A stretch of DNA of 64,000 nt from Lytechinus pictus. Lineage: Eukaryota. How positions within the stretch are numbered: the first letter of the stretch is position 1; each line of letters opens with the position of its first letter. The stretch covers positions 10,170,001-10,234,000 of the forward strand of contig NC_087249.1 in the NCBI RefSeq assembly GCF_037042905.1, given 5' to 3'. A program made the translations under genes and the position numbers. The notes below the pieces were generated by a model. The model made no database searches and was not told where the DNA came from. It worked only from the letters and a program-made list of their open reading frames with translations. Shown here piece by piece: positions 11,301-23,220 of the stretch.

Positions 11301-14300
11301 ACTGAAGAATGGATTTACATGTACTTACCAAAAATTATCATGACACCGTTTCCAATAAACGCAAGAGTATGCTCTTTCCCGCGTGTTCTTAACTTCAAGC
11401 CAGTCCGATCGTTTGAGTATGATATTATGTTTGTAATCATGTTGGGGTGATATGCTAAATAGAAACTACAATCTGGAGTAAAAAAAAATGCAATTTTTTA
11501 TGAAACTAAAAAAAGGAACGATTTATTTAAAACCGAGAGGTGTTGTGGCCACTGAACTGAAAATTATTTCAGTTCAGTGGTTGTGGCTCAGTGGATTATT
11601 TTCCAGACTTTGTGCCGGGTTCGAATACGCAGCACTCGCGTCCTTTGGCGCTATATAAAATAAATAATGATAATAATAATGATAATAATAGTAATAATAA
11701 TACTGATAATAATTATAATTATTATTATTAATTGTTATTATTATTATTATTATTATTGTTATTATTTTTTATTAGCACAAACATGGAAAGCCCCAATTAG
11801 AAGACCGGCGAAGCCAACACGATTGTGTTTTTTTTTTGTTTTTTCGGACGGCAAAACTTATCAACACTCGGAATCCTTGCTAAATAGCTAAACGCCAGAC
11901 GTGGTAACAATCTGAAAATGACTGAATTTCGAAAAGAATCCCATGGAATGGCATAAACGTGTCTAAAGGCCACCGCACACCTTAAGACTGTTCGCGATCC
12001 GATTTTGGAACAAATCGCATTTTGCTCCTTTTCTGAAAATGTGAATGGAACATATCATTTTATTTGAGGTTTAAATTAATTGAAAGAATACTAATATAAC
12101 CATTTCGAAAGATTACAAGCCTTTATTTCGGAGTAAAGGCCAAATTAGTTTCAAATCGTAGCCAATCGTACGACTGCTATGACGTCATTACGACTATTCG
12201 CTTTTATTCTAAGAAGGATGATAGCATAGTCGCAGATTTGAATATAGGTATTCGTACGATGATTTAAAACATTACACAGTAAGATATTCCAAGTCTCAAT
12301 GTTAGCATCAAATTCTACTCTTTTTTTTCTGAAATCGAGTCGCAGACCAATCGTTATAAAGTGTGCGGTCACCTTAAAATAGCTAGCTTGCCCAACGATT
12401 AATGTAGTGGACAGTTTTCAATTTTCTGTTTTGTCAAATCAAAAATGAAAAAAAAAATGAAAATCAGAAGAGGTATTCAATTTTCTGTTAGGCAAAGCGA
12501 AAACGAAAACTTACTGTCAATTACAGATACGTGTTTAATTTTCTTTATTTTAACAACAAAAACACTAAAAGTCCAAATGGGTGTCAAATTTCCATTTAAT
12601 ATATGCAGAGAAAAAAGTTATAAAATCTATATCACGTAGATAACAGTAATACAAACAGCAGTTTGTTTACCAAAATGTTTAATTTTGCATATTCCGTTCC
12701 TGATACGAATCATTGATAAACGACCGTTTTCTGTTTTCAAAATCATAGTTCACTCAATATTTCGTTTTTGCTTTTCCGTTTCCTAATCGGAAAAAGAAAG
12801 AATTGTCTGATAGTACCTTGATTAGGTAGGCCTACCAATTTACTACACCTGGGTGAAGAGTGGCAAATGTATATCGCCTGGTAAGAGGACCCGATTTGGT
12901 GCTGTATAGTGCGGTTCGAAAATATATTTTCATTTTCATGCTGACTTTCAAAATCGAACTTATCATACAACATAAAGGCCTTAGATAGAGTTAAAGTCAA
13001 AGCAATATGTGTGACTCATAATAATCCTTAAAATAACTTACATTGGCAGTATTTCCCTGCATAATGTTTTGGGCACCGACATCTCTGAATGCCGCCTTCT
13101 TCTTCTCGGATCCCACCGTTCTTACAAGGATCTAGAATATATTATGATTGATTGATTGATTTCATTTTATTTCTGCATTAAAGATAAATATGCAACATAA
13201 CATCTACAATGGTGATACATTTAAGTTTTACAAAACAATAAAGCAATAGTCATAATAAAGCAATGAAAAATAAATAGCATCAGGAAGCAATATTCAATTA
13301 AAGAAAATATCAGTTTAAACGAATGCAGGAGACCGCCATCGTGAGCGGTTTAGCTTGAAAATGATGGCGGCCTTGTAAAAATGGTACATAAATAGTACAT
13401 AAACGGTACATAAATATGAGACGTATTTTAGGTAAGCAATTTAGATGTCATGACAAAGGATCAATAATAAGAATGATAATAATAATAATAATGATAATAA
13501 CGACAATAATTATTCTAATAATACTGATACTACTATTACTATACTTCTACTACTACTAATAATAATAAGGACAAACAAACGAAAAGGGAAATTAAAGGGA
13601 AAATGGGGGAAAAGGGTCATGTTGGAACGGCCCTGCACCCTTCCCACATGAAAATGAAAATAACGAAGACGGAAAAGGAGAAAAAAATGAAGGAGTATGA
13701 GGTATTCATATCCTGTTCATGATACACACCCTCTTAATTCGGTCGCTTCAATCCTTCGCAATATCAACCCCAAAATTTCACAATAAGTTTTAATTGTGCA
13801 GCCCCACCCCTTGGAAATTTCTGGAACCGCCCTTGACTGCATCTGCATACGTACCCGAAAGACAAGCTACAAATTTGCTTGTAGATGACACATATTCTGA
13901 TGCCCATGCCGTTAAGATAGGATTGACTTCCTCCAAGTTCATCTGACCTTGGTAATGTTCATCGTTTTTATTTTCCTTCCCACAGAAGATCATTGGTGAT
14001 GCCATTACACCTTGTGCCCCTGTTATAGAATGACATAAAATACTAGTAAAAACAATCAAATAATAAGTAATGAATAAGCCTAGAATGATCCTGATGCTCG
14101 TGGCATCACTATAAGTGAGATGAATATTTAATGGTGCACACACTCTAAAAACAAATCAGTCAAAAATGACTAGTAAGAGGGTCAGCTCGGTGCGACTGTT
14201 ATTCTAGTCTTATTTAACTATTTTCTTGTCGTATTTTACTAGATCAAAGTTATTTCTTACTACAATATATGTCAGAATGTGACTAGACATATCATTTTGC

Positions 14301-14816
14301 ACCCAGCTGAATATTGGTCTAGTCAGTGTGACTGATTTGCTTTAAGAGTACACCAGTAAAAACAAAAATAAGTAAACAAAGGAAAAACAATCATGAGAAA
14401 AGTCTTCCATCATACAAAACGTTGCATTGAAAAAAAATCAGCAAAATATAAATTACAAGAAATTTATAAGAAATCAGTTTAAGAATTAAGGGATGTTGTC
14501 GAATGTTCCAAGAATTAGTGTAGAATAAATTTTCCGCTTTCTCTTTTGAAACATTTTTTTTTCAATTAGTTAACGAGAAGCTATACTTTCGCAAGTATCA
14601 TTATTCTTAGAAGGAAAGGTCGTTTGACGGGCGTACCTTTAAAAAAAATGACTTAAAAAAAAAAGCATGTTATGTGTCACCTTCTTTCCATTTTCTAAAC
14701 ATTGTGGCGACACAAGAATAAAACAAAAATCACCGACTCTTACCAAGCCAGAAGAATGAAAGTATGAATCCAAAACGAAACATGATGGAGGCAAGCTTTA
14801 TCTGACTGATGTTCAT
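8076..14816 (-). CDS. Predicted secreted protein: signal peptide + EGF-like + FAMeT-like (Methyltransf_FA) domain, 5 exons, 256 aa
   Basis: Exons 14816-14744, 14019-13855, 13131-13042, 11472-11329 and 8374-8076; all introns GT-AG and phase 1; 771 nt open. N-terminus MNISQIKLASIMFRFGFILSFFWLGAQG is signal-peptide-like. CLSDPCKNGG...CRCPKHYAGKYCQ is EGF-like. ...YDSFWLDHSEGNFAVGLQGNSTPFINF...IGL...GGDWMI resembles the FW..w..g.i.VG..G...PF...iG...G.W.i pattern of the FAMeT domain (family recognised by eye). Confidence 0.75.
9625..11294. mobile_element. Non-autonomous hAT-like element in intron 4 of the EGF/FAMeT gene
   Basis: 8-bp TSD TTGCCTAC (9617-9624 / 11295-11302); imperfect TIRs CAGTAGCGTAC / GTACGCGCCTG. 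Confidence 0.8.
11329..11472 (-). CDS. EGF/FAMeT gene exon 4 (N-terminal half of the FAMeT-like domain)
   Basis: Acceptor ttttttactccag|, donor G|GTAAGT; 144 nt, (Y)CSFYLAYHPNMITNIISYSNDRTGLKLRTRGKEHTLAFIGNGVMIIF. Confidence 0.8.
11969..12374. mobile_element. MITE with TIRs
   Basis: GGCCACCGCACACCTT ... AAGTGTGCGGTCACC; absent from the paralogous block. Confidence 0.7.
13042..13131 (-). CDS. EGF/FAMeT gene exon 3 (EGF-like)
   Basis: 90 nt, phase 1-1; (D)PCKNGGIREEEGGIQRCRCPKHYAGKYCQ; donor T|GTAAGT. Confidence 0.85.
13855..14019 (-). CDS. EGF/FAMeT gene exon 2
   Basis: Acceptor ctataacag|, donor G|GTACGT; 165 nt, phase 1-1; ends in ...VACLS, supplying the first EGF cysteine. Confidence 0.7.
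14744..14816 (-). CDS. EGF/FAMeT gene exon 1 (signal peptide)
   Basis: ATG at 14816; MNISQIKLASIMFRFGFILSFFWL; donor G|GTAAGA. Confidence 0.65.
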
Positions 14817-15302
14817 GCACTTTACAATGCTGAAGGCTGTGTGGGTTTAACCTCATATATGTGTGGAGACAAACATTATAATCTTTGTGCTTTGATTTTA
14901 GCGATATGGAATTTAAACTTGTTGGTTAATCACCACGCTCTTCGACTCTATATGAAAGTATTATTACCCCCTTAAAGTGTGCTCTTTTTTATTGCCAAGG
15001 CATTGTCAACCATTATTGATTTCCCAGCATCCTTCATTTCTTTTATAATGTTATTGGTTAAAATTCCTTTCACGATTCCAGACAAAGAGGCAATATTCAT
15101 GTTCAGTCTGTTCTTATGTACCATTTTTATTATTACTATTAAGTATTCAATACCCACTGGTCTACAGTGAGAGCCATGAATACACGACCAACTGAGGCGC
15201 CTTATGTCAATAAAATCTTAAGAGCTAGATTCGCATTTAATGTTCATAAAATTAAAATCAAGTTATAAAAACGGGTATTTTCCAGTTTGATGAAGCTTTC
15301 CT

Positions 15303-15583
15303 CAGGGCCCTGGGAACGATTTTTTTGGCAGGGGATGCTGAAGTAAATTTAACAAGCAAAAAAAGAAAAGAAAATGATTTCACTACAAAGTGAAGGCCGT
15401 TAAGGTGAAATTTGAGAAGCAAAAAAAAAATTTTTGCTACAAATTCTTGGTAATTTTCCTTATATTTTCCCATTTGCCACACCTTCCAGAATTCCTGGGG
15501 GTGCTGCCTATGGAGAATAATACATGCAGCAGCCCTGGGAAAATCTTGGGGGTGCTTCAGCACCCCCACTTCCCAGGGCCATG
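15303..15583. mobile_element. hAT-like MITE
   Basis: 8-bp TSD GCTTTCCT; TIRs CAGGGCCCTGGGAA / TTCCCAGGGCCATG; empty site in the paralog near 32670. Confidence 0.85.
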
Positions 15584-15609
15584 GCTTTCCTGTTGAAGAG
15601 CTAATCTTA

Positions 15610-15828
15610 CACAGTAAAAACGCTGTTTAAGATGTTATACAACGCTGTTTACTATATGAAGCTTATAATATTTGTTTAACCGTTTAAACAATCATGTTTA
15701 ATTTATTGAAGATTAGATATCAAAAATTAAACTTTGTTGCTTAAGATTTAAACACTTGTTTAAACTGTTTAAACAATTACTGTAAGGTTCATATAGTAAA
15801 CAGCGTTGTATAATTTTTTTTACTGTGT
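15610..15828. mobile_element. Palindromic CAC...GTG MITE (TA TSD)
   Basis: TA|CACAGTAAAAA...TTTTTACTGTG|TA. Related small elements occur at ~14141-14330 and 32706-32950. Confidence 0.75.
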
Positions 15829-16628
15829 ACCCATGCAGTTTGGAATGCTTATGACTGTATTTGGGCGACATTTTTATATAGTGACTTTGTTTAGAGCTTG
15901 CATGAGTACAGGTGTCACGGTCCTAATTAAAAAAGGAAGGCAAAAATATTCATTTGACCCAACCCATTACAATTTTTTTTTTGATATTGCTGATTGACAA
16001 AAGTGTATAATTAAATATGATTGGCCATCTAACACTGTAGGGAGGACAATTACTGAACTTCCTTTGCCCCCCAAAAATGGGAAGAAATATTGATGATTTT
16101 CAAAACTATTTTTTGACTGGCGGAAGAATTAGGGTTACTTTACTATTTCAGGTGATGAATTTGATCCCGTCAGGAGATGCTGTCTTTATAAATGCCGATC
16201 TATTATTAAAATGGCCGGTGGAGGTATACCCTATTTCGGGTCAGATATAGAATGTCATATCCTATATAGGCCTACTGGTAGTAAACATTCAACCTTCTAA
16301 TTTCATATTTTTTATGGATTTTTTAACAGTCCCATTCATCTTCACTTGTATACCTTCTGCAGCGTAGGAATATTCATTTTTGCCTAGGTCTGTTACTGTA
16401 TGTATCGATCAGGATGTGCGTTTGTTCATGCCTCTGCATATCAAACTTCCGGCTATACAGGTCCTATTGCATTGGGAACATAATGCATAACGGTTTGTCA
16501 TATCAAGAGTATTCAGAACTGAAGCAAAAGAAAAAAAAACTTATCTTTAAGTAAATATAGTTGATATCCACCAACGAATTTGTAGATCCGCAACGGAATG
16601 ATTCGGAATCCGTAGATCCGTACGTTAA

Positions 16629-17200
16629 AGGTCAAGTCCACCCCAGAAAAATGTTGATATGAATAAATAGAGAAAAAACAAACTAGCATAACACTGAAAA
16701 TTTCATCGAAATCGGATTTAAAATTAGAAAGTTATGACATTTTAAAGTTTCGCTTAATTTTCACAAAAAAAGTTATATACACAACTCAGTGATCTACACA
16801 ACTCAGTGACATGCAAATGAGACAGTTGATGATGTCCCTCATTCACTATTTCTTTTGTTTTTTATTGTTTGATTTAGACAGTATTTCATTTTTTTTACAG
16901 ATTTGACAATAAGGGCCTACTTGACTGAACCATATTTTATTTAAACAATGGTAATTCCACATGTTTAGGGTGTAATTCATATTTGTTTCATGTGGCAAAG
17001 AGGAGAAAATTAGAATATTTCATATAATAAAATACAAAAGAAATAGTGAGTGTATGGCGTCATCAGTCTCCTCGTTTGCATACCGACCAGGAAGTGCATA
17101 TAACTGTTTTACATCCGATTTTTATGAAATTTTCAGTGTTATGCTTGTTGGATTTTTGTCTTTTTATTCAAATCAACTTTTGTTGGGGTGGACTTGTCCT
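16629..17200. mobile_element. Kolobok-like MITE (TTAA TSD), copy 2
   Basis: TTAA|AGGTCAAGTCCACCCC...GGGGTGGACTTGTCCT|TTAA. Confidence 0.9.
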
Positions 17201-18546
17201 TTAAATATACAGAACAAGAAACATTTATAATTAGAAAAGTACAAAGCCTTGAAAATGCATTGAAATTTCAAGGCTCAAAATCCTCAAGGCCAAGGCCCCC
17301 TCAAGGCCAAGGCTTTGAAAAAGTAGGCTTTAAAGCGCCTTAAGGCCAAGGCCGAGCATCAAGGCGCACTACAACACTGGCACCTCCCCGTGCTCAAACC
17401 AGCCTACGCCCTTGCAATAATGCAATTAGATTTGATAGGACCCCTTAATCAATCCGATTTTCATATCCGCCGCAACAGCGGCGTTTGCTCCGATAATCAC
17501 TGACCCATTAAATTCAAATACACACTCTTGTTCGGCCTGAAAGTATAATTTCGATAATTTTCTATCCAATGAGATTACACTCTTTTCGGGCCTAACATTA
17601 ATTTATTTACCGCCTTGCATGTATAAGGCTATTTACTAAGGATTTTCTTTGAGGGTATATAGGCCGACAAGACATGCATTTTTACCTCTGCCATTTTTCC
17701 TCTGCTCTGCCATGCATGATATATACTCTGTCAAGACACCGACAAACCGGTAAATTGCCAATTCGTCTCCTGCCATGAGTGCCATCTCGTCCACTCACTA
17801 CATGGTCTGCTTTCATTTAGTCTATAATGCCATTCCGTCCATCAACATTTCGTCTAACAGCCACTTGATCCTTTAATCACTATTTCGTCTATGACCATTT
17901 CGTCTCATAACCAGTTGGTCTAATATCCATTTCATTTACATTCTTTTGCGCAATTTAACACTTAGTCCGATATTAGACCAAATGGCATATGGACTAGATG
18001 GCTATTGGACCAACTGGTTATTAGACGGAATTGCATTAGACTAAATGAAAGTAGACCATGTGGTGAGTGGACGAACTGATGGTAGACAAAATGATAGTAG
18101 ACGAGTTGGCAATTGGACGAATTGCCATTAGACGAATTGGAAATAAACCAAAGGCGAAATTGTATCAAGGGTTTATAGTCAGACTTTGACTTTCACCACC
18201 GTGGCAAAAATTGTTTTCGAACCCGGGCTATGACTATCCCCCACCCATGCAGGCTGGGCCATTGTCACCAATCGAAAAGGGATTTTAAACACTGTAATTT
18301 CTTCTTTCTTACGCCATCGAACATTATAAAAAAATGCTATATTATTAGTGATCTTCCTTCCCCCTCTACTAGCTCCCATTTATCTCTCACTCTCTTTCCA
18401 TTCAAACTCTCACCCTCTCTCTCTTACTTTGCTTCACCATTTCTCCTTTTTCACTCTTGTCCGGCTTTACTTTTCTTTCTTTCCTTCTATTTTTTTCTTC
18501 CTTCCTATATTTTCTTCTTTTGTCTTTCTTTCTTTCTTTCTTTCAT

Positions 18547-18577
<31 letters not shown>

Positions 18578-21500
18578 ACCCCTCTCTGTCTCTATTTGTT
18601 TATTTAATTCTCTCTTTCATTTTTTTTCTTTCTACCTTTCTTTTTCGTTCCTCTTTTTTTTGGTAAACCTCTAGACCTGCATTTGGGAATCATGTCTTAA
18701 TGTCTATGTTATGTTCAGTTTGTTAATAATGCTGAACTGTATTTTAATGTTAATGTTCTTTTTATTACCAGCTAAATAAATGAGGAGAGTCATCTGACAA
18801 ATGTTTGATTTCGTTAGATAATCCCCAGACATTAGCTGGTGTTATGTCCTTTTTTGGTCTTTTCTTTTTCTTTTATTCTGAAATTGTATTTTGAAAATTG
18901 TATGATGATTATTTTCAATGTACTGATATTATGATTGTAATTGTTTCTGGAAATGAAATAGAATAGAAAATAAGATAAAATAAAGGTGAAGAAAATGATT
19001 ATATAATCATCCTATATATGATTTTTTTTTTTAAAACATTTTACGCTTTTTAATTCATTTCATTTTTCAAGTCTTATTTTAGATAATGAACTATGTGCAA
19101 TTGTTATTGCTGCCCTTTTCCACACCAAAATTTTGTTCTTTTTACTTAGGTAATTCATGCCCGCTCTCCTGCTCACTTCTCCCTCTCTCGATCCCTTGCC
19201 TTTCTTCTTCCTACCCTTTCCTAGCCCTACAATTCCTTTCCCGTTTTGTATTTGTATTGTTTTTGTGGTACAGGCGTATATATCCCACCACATGCTTTAG
19301 CGTTTAGAGAATGACGCAGTGGCGTAACAGGCGGGGGGCCCCTGGCAGATCTCACCGGGAAAGTTAAAAAAACGGGAAAAAGTAAAGGGAGGGAGAAAGA
19401 AAGGGAAAGGGGAAGGAAAGGGGAAAAGGAAAGGAGGAAAAGGAAAATGAAAATTGAAAAGAAAACGAAGCGAAAAAAATTTAAAAAAATAAATGGAAAA
19501 AGGAAAGTGGGAAAAGGAACGAAAGAAGAACATTAATTTTGAGAAAGAACAAATCATTCCGAAATAGGCCTATGTAATGCAACGGCATGAAGGGAAATAA
19601 ATTAAAAGATGACAAAATGGCAAACAATTACGGGAAATGAAGGTAGATTGGAATTAGTCAAAAGCTAAACTAGAAAACAAAGAAAAGGAACAAGAAAAAA
19701 AACCTTAATAACACGACCGGGCTGCCGAGGATTGAAAATAAAGAGCGGGAAGAAAGATTGACTGCATACAAAATTGTGCTATAAGTTTGCTAAATTTTAT
19801 GCAAATAAGCTACCGGGGCTTTGCCCCAGACCCCACGCAGTAAGGGTTCTTCATCTATAACTGTCAAATGGCTCTATAACGCCCCCTGTAGGGACTCTTT
19901 ATACATTAAGCTTTACTGGCGTACAGGCGCGGGGGTCTTGGTTCCACACCCAAGAGGAAATAAAAGAAATTATAGGAGACAACGTATAATGAAATTAATG
20001 GAAACAATGAAAAGTGTTATTTGCTGAATATAATGGAAAAATCTATCACAGAATTTGATTTCATTAGGCAATTTTTTTTTCCAGCTCGTTTTGCTTGCTG
20101 GCGACTTTTTACCAATTTTCCCACAGTTGCTATATTTTGCCCCCTCAAAATATTTGGTTCAACTGGGTTGAATAAATGTGTTGTGCCAAGCTATATTCTG
20201 TATATACCCGCGATTTGATTAAAAATAGCGGCAATCTGCGAGTTTTTAATGGCTGTGATATCAAGAAGTTCCGGGGGCTCCGCCCCGTACCCCTACCGCA
20301 TAGCACTACCGTATATGAATATGGAAGGGTTGGGCCATGGTCCCCAAAAGTTCTACAACCAAGAAAAAAAGGAGGAAAGAAAAGCAAAGGAAAAGTGTAG
20401 GATATGATTTTATTTACTGAATATATAATATAAAAAATATCTCAAAGTTAGATTCTCATGAAAATGTGATTTTTTTTCTCGCTCGCTTCGCTCGGGACTT
20501 ATATTAAGCAGCTTTTTAGCACATGCGCCATACTGCGCCCCTTTTTTTTTTACTCTATCACGCTACTGCCGCAAATAATCCTGTTCACAGTGGCGTACGT
20601 CCAGACCACACAAAAATGAATGGAAAGAAAGAAAAGTGAAATATATTATTTTCTGGATATCATGTCAAAATCTATCAGAATTTTGGATTTTTGTATTAAA
20701 AATGTCAAAATTTTTGCTCGCTCGCTCGCTTCGCTCGCAACTTAAAAAAAAAGGATAAATTCTGCCCGATACGCAATATCTGGCCCTCTCAAAATCGTTG
20801 CCTTATTACACCATTACGCCTGTTCATACCATGATATGACCGGGAATTTTTTGGCTCTTGCCCCCCCCCCCCCTGGCAACCGACCCCTGTTACGTCGCTG
20901 TTCTCAAGACCGTCGTGTAGGTTCTACTGGACCGTGGCACAGGGCCGTGGTGAGAGAAGTATCAGTGGCATTTTCATTCCTGTGCTGTATAATGCGCTAT
21001 TTAAGCATGGCCGTACGCAGGGGGCACTTGCCCCCCCCCCCGAAATTTCGAAACCCTGGTTCGAAACTTATATTTTTTACTGAAAATTTCACAAAATGTA
21101 TGCACGAAATCCTTCAATTTCACTTTACAAAATGCAAAAGCGCCCCAATAAAAAATTCGGTCGCTTCGCCCTTGATTTTTTTTTTACAAAAAAGTTCATT
21201 CGTGCTTGCCCCCAGTGAAAAATTTCTGCGTATGGTCATGTATTTAAGTATATTATTGTTATTATTACCAACCTCGATCTTGTCAGTTAGAAAAATTGCG
21301 TTTTGCCTACCGGTAGGCTGAAAGGGGGGGGGGGGTTCGAGTTGAATGAAAATTTAACAAGCAAAACAAAAAAGTTTTCACGTCAAAAAATTGAAAAACA
21401 GGTCTTTTCGTAACAAAAAAAAACTGACATTTTTATCACAAAAATCTAAGTTTGTGATAGATTTTGACATAACATTTAGAAAATAATATCATATTTCACC

Positions 21501-23220
21501 CTTATCCCTATCCTCTTGTCTTTTTTTTCCTTGGTCGTGAAAAATGGGGGGGGGGGGCAAAACGCCCATGTCCTATAACAGTCATTTCTTAGCTTTATTC
21601 TTATAAAACAACATAAATGTGTAATAATATCATAAGCCCTATTTAGATAGTGCGACCGCGAAGCGCGAGTTAATTTTTTTGGGATTTCATGTATTTTGTC
21701 CTGAAAATTGAACATTCTGGACATTCTAGATAAATTTGCGTTCGAGCCTGATCGAAAAGGGAATTGTTAAGGACGTTTTGAAGTTAGTCATTAAAACGAC
21801 ACATATTTCAACGATGAAATTATGCGAGCGCTAAGCGCGAGCTGAAAATTTTGACATTGACCTTAAGAATTGACATTCTAAGCATGCACTTTTTGTAATC
21901 ATTAACGGTAAAGGTATATAACCAAACAATTGAATTTTTAATTTGCGTTCTAGCCTGATCGGAGAGGACTTGGTAAGGACGTTTTGCAGTTAGTCATTAA
22001 GATGACACATATTTCATAAAATTTTTATGATATTTATCAATCTAATGAGTGCGTACAATTTGTTATCGTTAAGGCATGAAAACTGAATATTTTAAGCACT
22101 TTTGTATTCTTGAATAGGATTCATGGGTTGATATATTTTTAACAATTAATGCGAACTCAAATCGCGAGCCGAAATTTTTGATACACTGTCATAAAAGGGG
22201 GATTTTAAGTAGTTTGTTATAGAATTAATATAGAGGTATGCATAACTCACCAATCAAAATGCGAGCGCGCAGCGCTAGCTGATAGGACCTTGTCTCTGAC
22301 AATCACACCCGAAAAGGGATATTTTGATAATCTTATGGAATACACAAAGACAATAGGTAGGCCTACTTGGCAAATTAAATAATGCGAGCGCACAGCGCAA
22401 GCATGAAAATGTTGATATTCACACCATAAAACGGACACTTTAAAAAATCAATTTGTAAATCAAACAAAATAATGAAAGCTCGATATCTGAGCTGGTTTGT
22501 ACATTGACTTCAAAACTTGATATTTTAAGCTACATACCAGCCTATTGAGCAAGATTTGTATCTCATCGAACATGCAATGCGAGCGCGAAGCGCGAGCGAA
22601 AATTCAATATAGTGACAAGAAATATTTTTTTTCATTTTCATTTTCATTCATTGGTTTTTCATAAACACATTAAGAAAATACAATAATACAGATAACTGAC
22701 AAGCAAAACATTTTATATTAAAACATATCGATTTTTAGAAGGTTGCAGGGGTTGCCACTATAAGCTAAGCTTGACTGCGTGGTAACCCCAGAAAACAATG
22801 ATAATTATTATTCATCCTACGTATCTTAACGTAAGGGTGCATGTGTATAATGGCGGGGGGGGGGGACGCTTGGTCCTCATGATGTATGCTTTATTTTGAT
22901 TCTTGGTTGTTGTTTTTTCTGTTTTTGAAATTCTGTGTTTCATAAGATATAGAGAAATAACAATTTTCCATTTTACTTTGTGAATATTTATTCAATAATG
23001 ATTTAATACCTTTTTTGAAAGGAGAAATGAATCTTAACTGTTTCAATGAATTTGGCAATGTATTCCATATGTCAGGCCCATGATGTCTAAGTGTTTTATG
23101 TTGTTCTAGGATTGTCTAAGTGAATATTCTGACAAGTCCGCGTTGGATATGAATGTAAGTGGTTATTATTATGAAAAGAAATCGGTAAATACAGGAGGAA
23201 GCAGTTTGTAATGATATTTA

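Noticed and set aside
12830..12985. Extra exon (possibly WSC-like) between the EGF and FAMeT exons
   Set aside because: Phase-1 splicing at the available AG sites hits stop codons in both copies, and the 3' part is SINE-derived; at most a relic.
18230..18674. F/L/S-rich ORFs
   Set aside because: (CTTT)n low-complexity tract.
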